DNA from: Reclinomonas americana ATCC 50394
Taxonomy: Eukaryota
Direction of reading: 5' to 3'
NCBI GenBank assembly: GCA_048213135.1
Contig: PS015009.1
Coordinates: 558,001-622,000 of the forward strand
DNA length: 64,000 bases
Shown: positions 17,612-27,176 of the stretch, piece after piece
Position numbering within the stretch: position 1 is the first letter of the stretch
Layout: the number at the start of each line of letters is the position of its first letter
Translations under genes and position numbers: made by a program
Notes under the pieces: generated by a model
What the model was told of the DNA's origin: nothing
What the model saw: the letters and a program-made list of their open reading frames with translations, nothing else
The model's database searches: none

Positions 17612-19456
17612 ATGGAGAACAAATTTTACACGGATGATCTTGAACGGCTGGTGAAGGAAAAATCGGATGAATTCCGGATGTATCCTTCAAGACGGGTATG
17701 GCATAGCATATACAATGACCGTCACCCCAGCCGCAGGTGGCCCTCTGTAGCCATCAGCATGATCCTGATATTTGTATTGCTGCTGGTCGGCTATCTCAAT
17801 ACCAGCGATACAGACATCAGCAATAATACCCAGCTGGCCGGCAACCCGGTTACCATCCCTTCAGAACCCGCTTCTTCCGTTTACAACGGGACCAAAAGAT
17901 GGAAAACCGCGGAAAGAAAAGCTTACACCACCACTTATGGCGATGATGAACAGGCTCCTACAGCCAATGCCGCCAGTGAGGACGCCGCCGCCACCACCTT
18001 CATCGCTCTCGGTCCCCCGGCCTACTCTGTTACCGATGAGGCCATGACCCCTTCCACCAGTAATGAGATCACCAGCTTCAACCAGGGCAATAACAACAGC
18101 AATTATTTTACAACAGGTATAGACGCCGCTGCTTCAGGCAACATCAGCAATAAAAACGAAATTACTGTTCGCAATAACCCCGCCGCTCCCGGACAGCGCA
18201 ACAACAGCAACCCGCTTATTGCTTCCGGCAAACCCGGCAACGGCAACAACACCGGCGTTAACGGCAATGCAACCGGCACCAATCCTGCTGCAGGATTGAA
18301 CAACAACACCCGGACAATGGCCACGGCGCAAACAATACCATCATCCGCTGCTGGTTTCAACAAACCATCTGCCGGCAATAACCGCGTTCGCGGTAACAAT
18401 GCCAACGATGCTAACCTGGCCACAACAGGTACCAGCCGGACCAACACCCGCAGAAGAACAACCGCTCCGTCGCGTACTGGTGCCAATGGTAAAACGACTA
18501 ATGATAATGGCGAGGATTTGGCTATTACCGCTGATCCTTCAAAGAAAGCGGGTTCCACTTCGGCATTACACAATAACCTGAAGAATACAGGTAATGATAA
18601 GGCTGATGATAAAAAGGCAACAGAAAAAAATGCCGCTGCGCTTACCGCTTCGGTTAAAACAGGTTTGTCTGAAGAGGAAAAAAGCTGGATCGATGACTTT
18701 GTCCTGCACAATAAACCCCTTCGTAAAAAATGGAAAGATGTGGTATCCATGGAATTCTATGCAGCCCCTAGCCTGAGCTACAGGTCAATGAGCAGCAATG
18801 TAAAGAAACCATCGGCTTCAGCGTTTGCCAACAATGATATCAGTGACTACAGCAGGCACAAACCGGGCATCGGGCTGGAAGCCGGTGTTGGCGTAGCCTA
18901 TGCTTTCGCCAAAAGATTACGGTTCAAGGCCGGGGTACAGTTCAACTATACTAATTTCGGGATCAAAGCCGGAGAAACCAGTCACCCTTCCCTGGTATCC
19001 CTGCTGCTGAATGATCCGCGTACCGGTTATGCATACAGTTCTTCAAGAACAACCAGCCTCTCCAATGGCATCTATGAAGAAGGGCAACCCGTAACACTGA
19101 AGAATAAGACTTACCAGGTTTCCGTTCCGCTGGGACTGGCTGTTAAACTGGCCGGCAATAAAAAAATGGAATGGTTTGCAGGTGCTACCATACAACCTTC
19201 CTATGTATTTGGCGGAGACGCTTACTTGTTGTCGTCTGACCTCAAAAACTATGTGAATGAGCCCCAGGCCATCCGCAGGTGGAATTTCAATACCGGTATC
19301 GAAACCTATGTAAACTACAAAGTAGGAAAAACGACCAGCTTCCAGGCCGGACCTCAGTTCCGCTACCAGTTACAGTCTACCTTCAAGAGTGATTTCACCA
19401 CTTCAGAGAAACTATACAATATTGGTCTTAAGATCGGCCTCGTGAAGAACTTCTGA
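17612..19456 (+). CDS. Putative dual-membrane-spanning anti-sigma factor (N-terminal anti-sigma segment, TM, long disordered linker, C-terminal OM beta-barrel)
   Basis: 614 aa; PS..VW..I N-terminal motif, TM at about aa 44-62, ~280-aa N/T/A/S/G-rich linker, amphipathic beta-strands ending in Phe; directly after the ECF sigma. Confidence 0.7.
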   Translation: MENKFYTDDLERLVKEKSDEFRMYPSRRVWHSIYNDRHPSRRWPSVAISMILIFVLLLVGYLNTSDTDISNNTQLAGNPVTIPSEPASSVYNGTKRWKTAERKAYTTTYGDDEQAPTANAASEDAAATTFIALGPPAYSVTDEAMTPSTSNEITSFNQGNNNSNYFTTGIDAAASGNISNKNEITVRNNPAAPGQRNNSNPLIASGKPGNGNNTGVNGNATGTNPAAGLNNNTRTMATAQTIPSSAAGFNKPSAGNNRVRGNNANDANLATTGTSRTNTRRRTTAPSRTGANGKTTNDNGEDLAITADPSKKAGSTSALHNNLKNTGNDKADDKKATEKNAAALTASVKTGLSEEEKSWIDDFVLHNKPLRKKWKDVVSMEFYAAPSLSYRSMSSNVKKPSASAFANNDISDYSRHKPGIGLEAGVGVAYAFAKRLRFKAGVQFNYTNFGIKAGETSHPSLVSLLLNDPRTGYAYSSSRTTSLSNGIYEEGQPVTLKNKTYQVSVPLGLAVKLAGNKKMEWFAGATIQPSYVFGGDAYLLSSDLKNYVNEPQAIRRWNFNTGIETYVNYKVGKTTSFQAGPQFRYQLQSTFKSDFTTSEKLYNIGLKIGLVKNF

Positions 19457-19487
19457 TCGCCGGTCCGCAACGACCACTACCCGTTAT

Positions 19488-19532
19488 AAAAGGAACGCAA
19501 TAATTTTCTGCCGGTTATTGCGTTCCTTTTTT
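19488..19532 (+). terminator. Intrinsic terminator
   Basis: 16-bp perfect stem AAAAGGAACGCAATAA / TTATTGCGTTCCTTTT ending in a T run. Confidence 0.85.
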
Positions 19533-19566
19533 ATGACCTGTTGTAAATTCCATTTAATTTTGAAGT

Positions 19567-20148
19567 ATGAGAACAGTATGGCTGGCTGTATTAGCTGCGG
19601 GTATATGTATTTCCTGCAACAACAATAAGAACAATGGTCCTGTAAACGCAAACCCGGAACCCGTGGAAAAGCCCAGCTTTTTCCCGGTTACCTCCTACCT
19701 GCTTGGGCAGTTGCACGATTTCAGGGAAAGAGGGATTAATCCTGTTCATTACATTACGGTCAGCAACCATACCGACTCCGCCTGGCTTAAAACTGAAGAA
19801 GTGGAGGCGGCGGTTAAGGATTTTCTTCAACCGGTGATCGACTCCACCAGTATGGTATCCTTGTTTACAGAAACAAAATTCAAGGACCGCAGCATCGACA
19901 GTTACACTTTTACCTACGACCCCAAAACCGCGTTACCTGATTCTATGCAGTTGCAGCACTGGGATGTATATATCGACGCCCAAAGCGGGAAGGTTAAAAA
20001 AGTGTACCTGCTTAAAAGAATATCCGCCACCCGCGACCTCCAGCTTACCTGGCAAAGTGATAAGTGGTGTACCCTGGTTACTATTGAGACTAATCCTGAT
20101 GGTACTTCCTCGGTTATAAAAGAAGAAAAAATAAATTGGGATCTCTGA
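19567..20148 (+). CDS. Hypothetical lipoprotein
   Basis: 193 aa; signal peptide II ending CISC; TAATTTTG -7 box (19555-19562) 4 nt upstream; 6 nt from uvrC. Confidence 0.8.
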   Translation: MRTVWLAVLAAGICISCNNNKNNGPVNANPEPVEKPSFFPVTSYLLGQLHDFRERGINPVHYITVSNHTDSAWLKTEEVEAAVKDFLQPVIDSTSMVSLFTETKFKDRSIDSYTFTYDPKTALPDSMQLQHWDVYIDAQSGKVKKVYLLKRISATRDLQLTWQSDKWCTLVTIETNPDGTSSVIKEEKINWDL

Positions 20149-20154
20149 TCGTAA

Positions 20155-21963
20155 ATGACACAAAAAGAATTTTCCGCCATTGCCTCCACCATTCCTGTGC
20201 AACCGGGGATATACAAATATTTTGACGAATCCAACCAGCTCCTGTATGTAGGCAAGGCCAAACACCTGCGCAAACGGGTTAGTTCTTATTTCAGCAAAAC
20301 CTTTACGTCGTACAAGACCCATGAACTGGTACAGCGCATTCATCATATCGAGTTCACGATCGTTGACAATGAACAAGATGCTTTTCACCTGGAAAATACA
20401 CTGATCAAAGAATACCAGCCCAGATACAACATCAATCTCAAGGATGATAAGAGCTATCCCTTCATCGTAATTAAAAAAGAGCCCTTTCCAAGAATATTCT
20501 TCACCAGGCGGCGTATTGAGGATGGGTCTGTATACCTGGGTCCCTACGCCTCCCTGGGAAAAGTAAGAGAACTGCTGGATTTTATACGGCAGAACATTCC
20601 TCTCCGCACCTGTAAGCTCAACCTTACCGATAACAACATCAGCAAAGGAAAATTCAAAGTATGCCTGGAGTACCACCTGGGCAATTGCAAGGGACCGTGT
20701 GAAGGGTTGCAAACCGCCGAGGATTATAATGAAGGGCTGAACCAGGTAGCCAACCTGCTGAAAGGTAATCTTACTCCCGTGCTGCAGCATTTTAAAAAAG
20801 ATATGCAGCAGTTTGCGGCAGATATGGCTTTTGAAAAAGCGGAGATCACAAGAAAAAAAATAGAACACCTGCAGCAGTACCAGTCGAGGTCGGCTGTAGT
20901 GAACACCCGTATGGGTACGGTAGATGTGTTTTCCATACTGGAAGACGGTAATATTGCCTACGTGAATTACCTGGCGGTGAGCAGCGGCAGTATCATCAAT
21001 ACCAAAACCGTTACACTTGAGAAACAACTGGAGGAGACTGCCGCGGAGGTATTGTCTTTCGCGATTGCCGAACTCAGGCAGACTTTTAAGAGCGACGCAC
21101 CGGAACTGATCGTTCCTTTTCCCATCGATTACCCTGACCCCAGCGTAACCGTTACGATACCCAAGGCCGGTGATAAGAAAGTACTGCTGAACCTTTCGGA
21201 GAAGAACGTGAATTATTTCCGGGAGGAACTGAAGCAGAAAAAAATGCTGAACCTGGCGGAAAAAACCGCGGAAGAAAAAATGAAAGTGCTGGAGCAGTTA
21301 CAGGAAGACCTCCAGTTGCCTGAATTACCGGTACATATTGAGTGTTTCGACAACTCCAATTTCCATGGTAGTTTTCCCGTGGCCGCGATGGTATGTTTTA
21401 AGAACGGCGAGCCCAGTAAAAGTGAATACCGCAAGTTCAATATTAAAACGGTAAAAGGCATCAATGACTTTGCCAGCATGAAAGAGATCGTTCACAGGCG
21501 GTATAAACGCCTCCTGAATGAAAAAAGCTCCTTACCCCAGCTGGTGATCATTGACGGCGGGAAGGGCCAGTTAAGCGCCGCTATGGAGAGCATCAGCGAC
21601 CTGGGTATGCCGGGCACCACTACAGTGATCGGGCTTGCCAAGAACGAGGAGGAGATCTTTTTTCCGGGCGATACGCAATCGGTACGGCTGCCCTGGGACA
21701 GCGAGAGCCTGAAACTCATCCGCCGGGTACGCGATGAGGTGCACCGTTTTGGCATTACCTTCCACAGAGATAAGCGCAGTAAAGGCACATTGGTGAATGA
21801 ACTGGAACAGATAGAAGGCATTGGGAAGAATACCGCTGAAATGCTGCTTAAAACCTTCAGGTCGGTAAAACAGGTAAAAGAAAAAAGCCTGGAAGAGCTG
21901 GCTGCCGCTATTGGTAAAACAAGGGCAATGATTGTATACGACTACTTTCACAAAGAGCAATAA
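20155..21963 (+). CDS. uvrC: Excinuclease ABC subunit C
   Basis: 602 aa; GIY-YIG (PGIY..YVGKAK), Cys cluster, RNase H-like (ECFDNS, IDGGKGQ, RDEVHRF) and HhH domains. Confidence 0.98.
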   Translation: MTQKEFSAIASTIPVQPGIYKYFDESNQLLYVGKAKHLRKRVSSYFSKTFTSYKTHELVQRIHHIEFTIVDNEQDAFHLENTLIKEYQPRYNINLKDDKSYPFIVIKKEPFPRIFFTRRRIEDGSVYLGPYASLGKVRELLDFIRQNIPLRTCKLNLTDNNISKGKFKVCLEYHLGNCKGPCEGLQTAEDYNEGLNQVANLLKGNLTPVLQHFKKDMQQFAADMAFEKAEITRKKIEHLQQYQSRSAVVNTRMGTVDVFSILEDGNIAYVNYLAVSSGSIINTKTVTLEKQLEETAAEVLSFAIAELRQTFKSDAPELIVPFPIDYPDPSVTVTIPKAGDKKVLLNLSEKNVNYFREELKQKKMLNLAEKTAEEKMKVLEQLQEDLQLPELPVHIECFDNSNFHGSFPVAAMVCFKNGEPSKSEYRKFNIKTVKGINDFASMKEIVHRRYKRLLNEKSSLPQLVIIDGGKGQLSAAMESISDLGMPGTTTVIGLAKNEEEIFFPGDTQSVRLPWDSESLKLIRRVRDEVHRFGITFHRDKRSKGTLVNELEQIEGIGKNTAEMLLKTFRSVKQVKEKSLEELAAAIGKTRAMIVYDYFHKEQ

Positions 21964-22021
21964 AAAAGGGGCTGGATAGAAATCCGGCCCCGCTTTAAAA
22001 TCCAATATCCTATGAAAAACC
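21962..22021 (-). ncRNA. Putative ~60-nt small RNA
   Basis: Minus-strand -33 TTG (22055-22053), 19-nt spacer, -7 TACCTTCG (22033-22026); terminator GGGGCCGGAT-TTCT-ATCCAGCCCC plus T6; lies downstream of the separate gldN terminator. Confidence 0.6.
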
Positions 22022-22116
22022 AAGACGAAGGTAATGTAATCTGCCAGTTCCACAATACCACGAAGGGGGTATTTTTTATGCAACCGATTGTATATTAAAT
22101 TTTTATAAGCTCAAAT

Positions 22117-22143
22117 AAAAAAGCCCTCCTTATGGAGGGCTTT
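22117..22143 (-). terminator. Intrinsic terminator of gldKLMN
   Basis: AAAGCCCTCC-TTAT-GGAGGGCTTT stem with a T run on the minus strand, ~20 nt after the gldN stop. Confidence 0.85.
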
Positions 22144-22162
22144 CGAATAAAAATAGTTAGTA

Positions 22163-23203
22163 TTAGTAACTCCACAGATCCTGCTCGTAGTTGAATATCT
22201 TTTCTTTGATATTTTCACCTTCGAGCAATTGAAGGATCGGGTAGTCTGTTAAACCGGGATAATTCTTAATGAACCGATCATATGGGTTATCAATCGTACT
22301 CTTGATGATACGTCCGTAGAACATACGGCTTTCGAACAGGTCTTCCCAGCTCATTTTAGCCCCGAAGTTCTTACCATTGTATACATCATACCTGGCAAAT
22401 ACCGGGCGCATATCGGGATAATAGATCCAGAACAGTTCGGTTTCACCAAGGTTTACACCCATAGAAGTAATTACATTCTTAACCGGCGCAATACCGAGTA
22501 TCCTCCAGAACAGGCGGGAGCTTTCTTTATCGAAGATCACTTCTTCCTTGATCCTGAATTTATAGAAGGAGTCCAGGTTGATGTCATTACGTTTGTAGAT
22601 AACACCGGTTTGAACACCGTTGGAATCGTATTGCGGAACGGGAACAGAGTCACCACCGATGGCAGTAGCCACTTCACCGATATTCATTGGTGTGGTAAAC
22701 CTGTCATCGATACTGTTGAACGCTACTACAGCGCTGTCCTGGATGGCCTGAAGCAGGATAGAGATGAAACGCTGGTTACCATTGTTCTCATCGGCAGAAT
22801 AACGGAAAGGCAGGTTCATTTTTTCCCGGATGTCGATCTCACGCCAGATCTTGTGGCGGTACATCGCATCATCAGCCCTCAGGTGCTCGTAAGGCAGCGG
22901 TGTTCTGTCTTTCAGTGCAACGGTTTCCACGGCTTCATCGGGGCGCAGCGAAGGTTTTACCTGCTTAATGGGCAGGCTGTCAATCTTCGGGGCTGCGGCA
23001 ACCGGCGGAGGCGCAGGAATCGAATCCACTTTAGCAACAGTAGGCTGTATATTAGCTTTAGTCCTGGATTTCGTGGTTTTACGCGTTGTGGTACGCTTGG
23101 TAGCGCTGCGTTTAACAGTCTTCTTCTTTTGCGCCTGTGTAGCCGCGGGAATAATGCCTAAGCAAAAGGCGAACAAAAGAAATTTTACTAAATGCTTTTT
23201 CAT
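22163..23203 (-). CDS. gldN: Gliding motility/T9SS protein GldN (PorN)
   Basis: PLPYEHLR, IWREID..EKMNLP, KEEVIFDK..RILGIAP, LFWIYYP, FNYEQDLWSY; signal peptide from ATG 23203. Confidence 0.95.
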   Translation of the reverse strand: MKKHLVKFLLFAFCLGIIPAATQAQKKKTVKRSATKRTTTRKTTKSRTKANIQPTVAKVDSIPAPPPVAAAPKIDSLPIKQVKPSLRPDEAVETVALKDRTPLPYEHLRADDAMYRHKIWREIDIREKMNLPFRYSADENNGNQRFISILLQAIQDSAVVAFNSIDDRFTTPMNIGEVATAIGGDSVPVPQYDSNGVQTGVIYKRNDINLDSFYKFRIKEEVIFDKESSRLFWRILGIAPVKNVITSMGVNLGETELFWIYYPDMRPVFARYDVYNGKNFGAKMSWEDLFESRMFYGRIIKSTIDNPYDRFIKNYPGLTDYPILQLLEGENIKEKIFNYEQDLWSY

Positions 23204-23223
23204 AGCCTGAGTATTGTTCAATA

Positions 23224-24726
23224 TTAATATAACGCAATTGATTTACCTTCTATTACCCTCACACCGTCTGGACCTGAAACTTTAACATTATCGAAGGTCA
23301 CAACAGAACCCGGACCGCAACGTTGCATCATTGCTGACAGTGAAGCCAGGCTGTTGCTGTTGATGGCAGTGGTTACTACGTTAGCGAAGTTGGCGCCTGA
23401 GAAATATACGGTAGCGCTCACTACACTGTACTTGGTATCAAAGTCGAAGTTTTCCAGTTCAGCACGGCAGTATTGCTGTCCTTTGAAAGCAACAGATGCC
23501 ATACGTACTTTACCGTCGCCCACTTTGAAAACCGGATCAGGAATACGTTTGATACGGAAGTCAAATTTAGCGGGAGCTGTACCTTCTGCTGCAACGGTGA
23601 TGCTGGCAGTACCGGCAGCTGTAACCCTAACGATCCTTTTTGAACCGGTACCGCTTAAAGTACCGCCAGACATAGTCGCTGTTGTTTTATCCCAGCCTTT
23701 ACCGGAAGAGATCGTGATCGGGTTGTCAACACCAATATAGAATACGTTCATTTTATCCAGCATCACAGCAGCACTGCCTGGAGTACCTACGGTATACTTG
23801 ATATCGTAATTCTTGGTTTCTTTTGTACCATCAGGTTTGGTATAGGTAACATTTACAGGAATGCTTTTTGCACCACCTCCATCAGCATTGAATTCTTTAA
23901 TGGCAACACCATCACCGTTAACCGGTACGGAAGCACCACCAATGGTGATCTGCGGCTGAGCTGCGGTACTGTAAGCACCCACACCTGCAGTGATCGTTAC
24001 TTTTTCACCTGGCATAACGTAGTTGGAGCTTTGTCCCACTACAGCAGCGAACTGGTCATAAACAAATTCCACCGCACCGATCTTACTGTGGCAATAGCTC
24101 ACGATCGTATTTTCAGCGTTCTTTACGTTGTTCTGAAATTTACTCAGCATCGTAAGGGCCGCAACGGTTGGTGTCATGTGAAAATAAGCAGCGGTGAAGT
24201 CTTTTTTCTTTCCTTCCTTACCAATAATCGGGTCGGTATTTACAGGGAAGTTGGCTTCAAATTTACCTTTAAAGGAAGAATCGATAGCAAGCATTTCAGA
24301 TTTGTACTTATCAAGCTTAGCTTTTAATTCATCACCTTTTTTATTGGTTTCGAAAAGCCTGGTAGAAGCGTCAAGATTATCTTCCTTAAAGCTGCCATCA
24401 TCTTTTAATCCCGCAGCCTGCTTCAGCTGCAGTTTCAGATCGTCGATATATTTTGTCATATCGGCTGAGAGGATTTTCGCCTTTTCAGCTTTGGGTTGCC
24501 AAATTTCAGCCTGCTGTTTATACTGAGCGTCATTCTTTTTCTTTTCCAAAGACTCATATAAACTATTATTCGCGTTAGTGAGGTTGGAAGTTGAACCCTG
24601 CAAGCTCGTGTCCACCGTTTTAAAGGCTTCCAGGATCTCTGCAGATACGTTCAACGCCAGAATCGCTGTCAACACCAAATACATGATGTTGATCATCTTC
24701 TGCCGGGGCTCTTTAGGTAAAGCCAT
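23224..24726 (-). CDS. gldM: Gliding motility/T9SS motor protein GldM (PorM)
   Basis: 500 aa; PRQKMINIMYLVLTAILALNVS TM motif; KMNVFYIGVDNPI. Confidence 0.96.
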   Translation of the reverse strand: MALPKEPRQKMINIMYLVLTAILALNVSAEILEAFKTVDTSLQGSTSNLTNANNSLYESLEKKKNDAQYKQQAEIWQPKAEKAKILSADMTKYIDDLKLQLKQAAGLKDDGSFKEDNLDASTRLFETNKKGDELKAKLDKYKSEMLAIDSSFKGKFEANFPVNTDPIIGKEGKKKDFTAAYFHMTPTVAALTMLSKFQNNVKNAENTIVSYCHSKIGAVEFVYDQFAAVVGQSSNYVMPGEKVTITAGVGAYSTAAQPQITIGGASVPVNGDGVAIKEFNADGGGAKSIPVNVTYTKPDGTKETKNYDIKYTVGTPGSAAVMLDKMNVFYIGVDNPITISSGKGWDKTTATMSGGTLSGTGSKRIVRVTAAGTASITVAAEGTAPAKFDFRIKRIPDPVFKVGDGKVRMASVAFKGQQYCRAELENFDFDTKYSVVSATVYFSGANFANVVTTAINSNSLASLSAMMQRCGPGSVVTFDNVKVSGPDGVRVIEGKSIALY

Positions 24727-24840
24727 AGTATTTTAATTTACGATTGTTTAGATTGGGTTTACTGTAATGAAATTCGTCCTGTAAGCTGAACAGGCGGAAG
24801 AAAATCGTTTTCCACCCGAACAACCAACCCGGAGGGAATA

Positions 24841-25599
24841 TTATCTTCCCTGCATGGCGCTCAGCATGTTGCCGTAAACAGAGTTCAGTTTGCCCAGGTT
24901 GTTGGCCAGTGCACCGATCTGTTCTTTTGCTTTTTGAGCGTCATCCACACTGCTCATCATGGCCTGGCTGGCTTCCGCCATCTTACCATAGAAACCATTC
25001 AGGGCTTTCAGGTGGTTGTTGCTTTCTTTCAGTTCCAATTCGTAAATGGTATTTAATGAACCCAGGTTTTTGGTCAGTACCTGAACCTGCTCGTGGAATC
25101 CTTTAGCGCTTTCAGAAGCGTTATTGAAGGAAGCCATAGTAGCGGCGCTGCTGGAAAAAGCAGAAGCCATGGTACCGATAGCCTGTGTAGCTTCTTTGGT
25201 TTTGGTGTTGAAATCACCAGTAGATTTTACTACATCACTAACATCGCTGATGCCGGATACAGTTGAACCCAGTTTCTGGAAACCTTCGCCCAGTTTTTTC
25301 AGGTTTACCGGGGTAATATCGGCTTCCTGCAGCATTTTGTCCATAGACTTCAGCGCAGGATTTCCGGCAACCGCCAGTTCAGCCGGCTCATCATCTTCTT
25401 CGTGATGTTTAGGCTTGATCCATTCTATGGCAGCATAAACAAGGAAGATTCCGGTCTCTGTCCACATTCCTACCGTCAACATCACATCAGCATAAGATTG
25501 GTGTGTGAGTTTCGCCCAAGCAGCAAAGATGATCACCGCGGCACCCGCACTTACTAATACGTCAATTAAGGTTAAAAACGTTCTTTTTCTGGCAGCCAT
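24841..25599 (-). CDS. gldL: Gliding motility/T9SS motor protein GldL (PorL)
   Basis: 252 aa; two N-terminal TMs with a conserved Glu (GMWTE), coiled coil, LNSVYGNMLSAM C-terminus. Confidence 0.95.
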   Translation of the reverse strand: MAARKRTFLTLIDVLVSAGAAVIIFAAWAKLTHQSYADVMLTVGMWTETGIFLVYAAIEWIKPKHHEEDDEPAELAVAGNPALKSMDKMLQEADITPVNLKKLGEGFQKLGSTVSGISDVSDVVKSTGDFNTKTKEATQAIGTMASAFSSSAATMASFNNASESAKGFHEQVQVLTKNLGSLNTIYELELKESNNHLKALNGFYGKMAEASQAMMSSVDDAQKAKEQIGALANNLGKLNSVYGNMLSAMQGR

Positions 25600-25663
25600 A
25601 GTTTTTAAAATTTAAAGTTTTAACTGGGGGTTATTATGTTTTATTTGAACACACAAAGGTTGT

Positions 25664-25693
25664 AGTTGCCTGTAAAATAGATTACAGGCAACT
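25664..25693. other. Intercistronic 12-bp hairpin between gldK and gldL
   Basis: AGTTGCCTGTAA-AATAGA-TTACAGGCAACT; no immediate U tract on the coding strand. Confidence 0.6.
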
Positions 25694-25727
25694 CAGTCAG
25701 TTGTTTTAGTCAGGGAAAATGCGCTTT

Positions 25728-27026
25728 TTACCTGCCACGTTTTTTCTGAGCCGGTGGCAGATCGATTACACAACGGAAGCCGATGTAAGACTTGGCAGTG
25801 TCCTGGTACTCATAGCTGCGTGAGCCGGTCCTCAGGAAGTAACCAACATCTTTCCAGCTGCCTCCGCGTAATACTTTACGTTTATCGCGTGGCTTGTCCG
25901 TTTCTTTGGCATTGTAACGAACATCCGGGTTCATGTCGTGCTGGAAGTTGTATGCCCCTTCGTAGTAAAGTGAAGAAGTCCATTCAGCAACGTTACCGGC
26001 CATGTTGTACAAACCGAAATCGTTGGGCCAGTAGGCGTCTGCCCTTACGGTGTAGAAACCTCCGTCTTCGGGGTAGTTACCACGGCCAGGTTTAAAGTTG
26101 GCCAGCAGGCAGCCTTTTTTATTTCTCAGGTAATAGCCGCCCCAGGGATAATCGGCTTGTGAACGACCGCCACGTGCGGCATATTCCCACTGGGCTTCGG
26201 TTGGTAAGCGGAAGTCTGTTTCAGCGGTCCTCTTTTTAGATTCGAGGTATCCGTTCAGGTATTGCGTCCTCCATTCGCAGAAAGCACTGGCCTGTTTCCA
26301 GTTAACACCTACAACAGGATAGTTGCCAAAAGCGGGGTGAGCAAAATATTTTTTAGCCATCGGCTCATTATAAGAGTAAGCAAAGTCCCTTACCCAGCAC
26401 AATGTATCGGGATAAGCCTGGATCTGCTTTTTCAGGATGAACTTGGAACGGGGAATTGACTGATCCCTGTTCATAGCCGCGGCTTTGTAGTCGAAGACTT
26501 CAGATTGGTAAACGATCTTGGTAGCGTCCAGTTCTTTTTTACCATGAATCCTGTTATCGGGAGTAACAACGATAGCGTCGATTTTTTCGAGCGTGGCTTT
26601 ATCACCCCATTTGATGGTGGAAGCCTTTTTCCAGTCAATGGCTTCTGTACCGTCGGGATTTTGTTTTTTGAAACCCATCAGGCCGGCAGCGATTGAATCC
26701 CTCACCCAGTTAGTGAACTGGCGATATTCGTTGTTGGTGATCTCTGTGGCATCCATCCAGAACCCACTTATCGAAACGGCTTTGTTCCTGGCTGTAAGTG
26801 CATAGCTCAGGTCCTCATCGCTTGACCCCATATGGAAAGTACCCGGTGGGATATATACCATGCCCGGAGGTTTTGGCAGGGTCCATTTTGTACCCGGAGC
26901 AACGCCAATCAGCTGACCTTTGTCAACTGCATATCCGCCTCCGGATTTACTGCCCGATTTTTTACAACTGGCAGATGTAGATGCGATAGCCACTATAGCT
27001 ATCAGGTAGAACAGCCTGTTCGTCAT
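25728..27026 (-). CDS. gldK: Gliding motility/T9SS lipoprotein GldK (PorK)
   Basis: Lipoprotein Cys; FGE-sulfatase domain (RLPTEAQWEYAARGG, GLYNMAGNVAEW, IGFRCV); first gene of gldKLMN; TACATTTG -7 box at 27059-27052. Start moved to ATG 27026. Confidence 0.95.
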   Translation of the reverse strand: MTNRLFYLIAIVAIASTSASCKKSGSKSGGGYAVDKGQLIGVAPGTKWTLPKPPGMVYIPPGTFHMGSSDEDLSYALTARNKAVSISGFWMDATEITNNEYRQFTNWVRDSIAAGLMGFKKQNPDGTEAIDWKKASTIKWGDKATLEKIDAIVVTPDNRIHGKKELDATKIVYQSEVFDYKAAAMNRDQSIPRSKFILKKQIQAYPDTLCWVRDFAYSYNEPMAKKYFAHPAFGNYPVVGVNWKQASAFCEWRTQYLNGYLESKKRTAETDFRLPTEAQWEYAARGGRSQADYPWGGYYLRNKKGCLLANFKPGRGNYPEDGGFYTVRADAYWPNDFGLYNMAGNVAEWTSSLYYEGAYNFQHDMNPDVRYNAKETDKPRDKRKVLRGGSWKDVGYFLRTGSRSYEYQDTAKSYIGFRCVIDLPPAQKKRGR

Positions 27027-27176
27027 TGTATTTAACTTTGAGGGTATTGGGCAAATGTAATGATTATTTTGAATTAACATCATTTTACACTTTATTCTGA
27101 AATATTTTTTTTCAACATCTTCCTGGTTCCGAAATGACTAAACGCCGGGATTTTTTAAATATTGTGCCGGGCCATT

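Noticed and set aside
19933-21027. 364-aa minus-strand ORF
   Set aside because: Antisense shadow of uvrC with no recognisable motifs.
22012-22098. 28-codon plus-strand ORF (MKNQDEG..) antisense to the candidate sRNA, considered as a type I toxin
   Set aside because: It is not hydrophobic or toxin-like and has no evident promoter; its ATGAAAAA is simply the complement of the sRNA seed.
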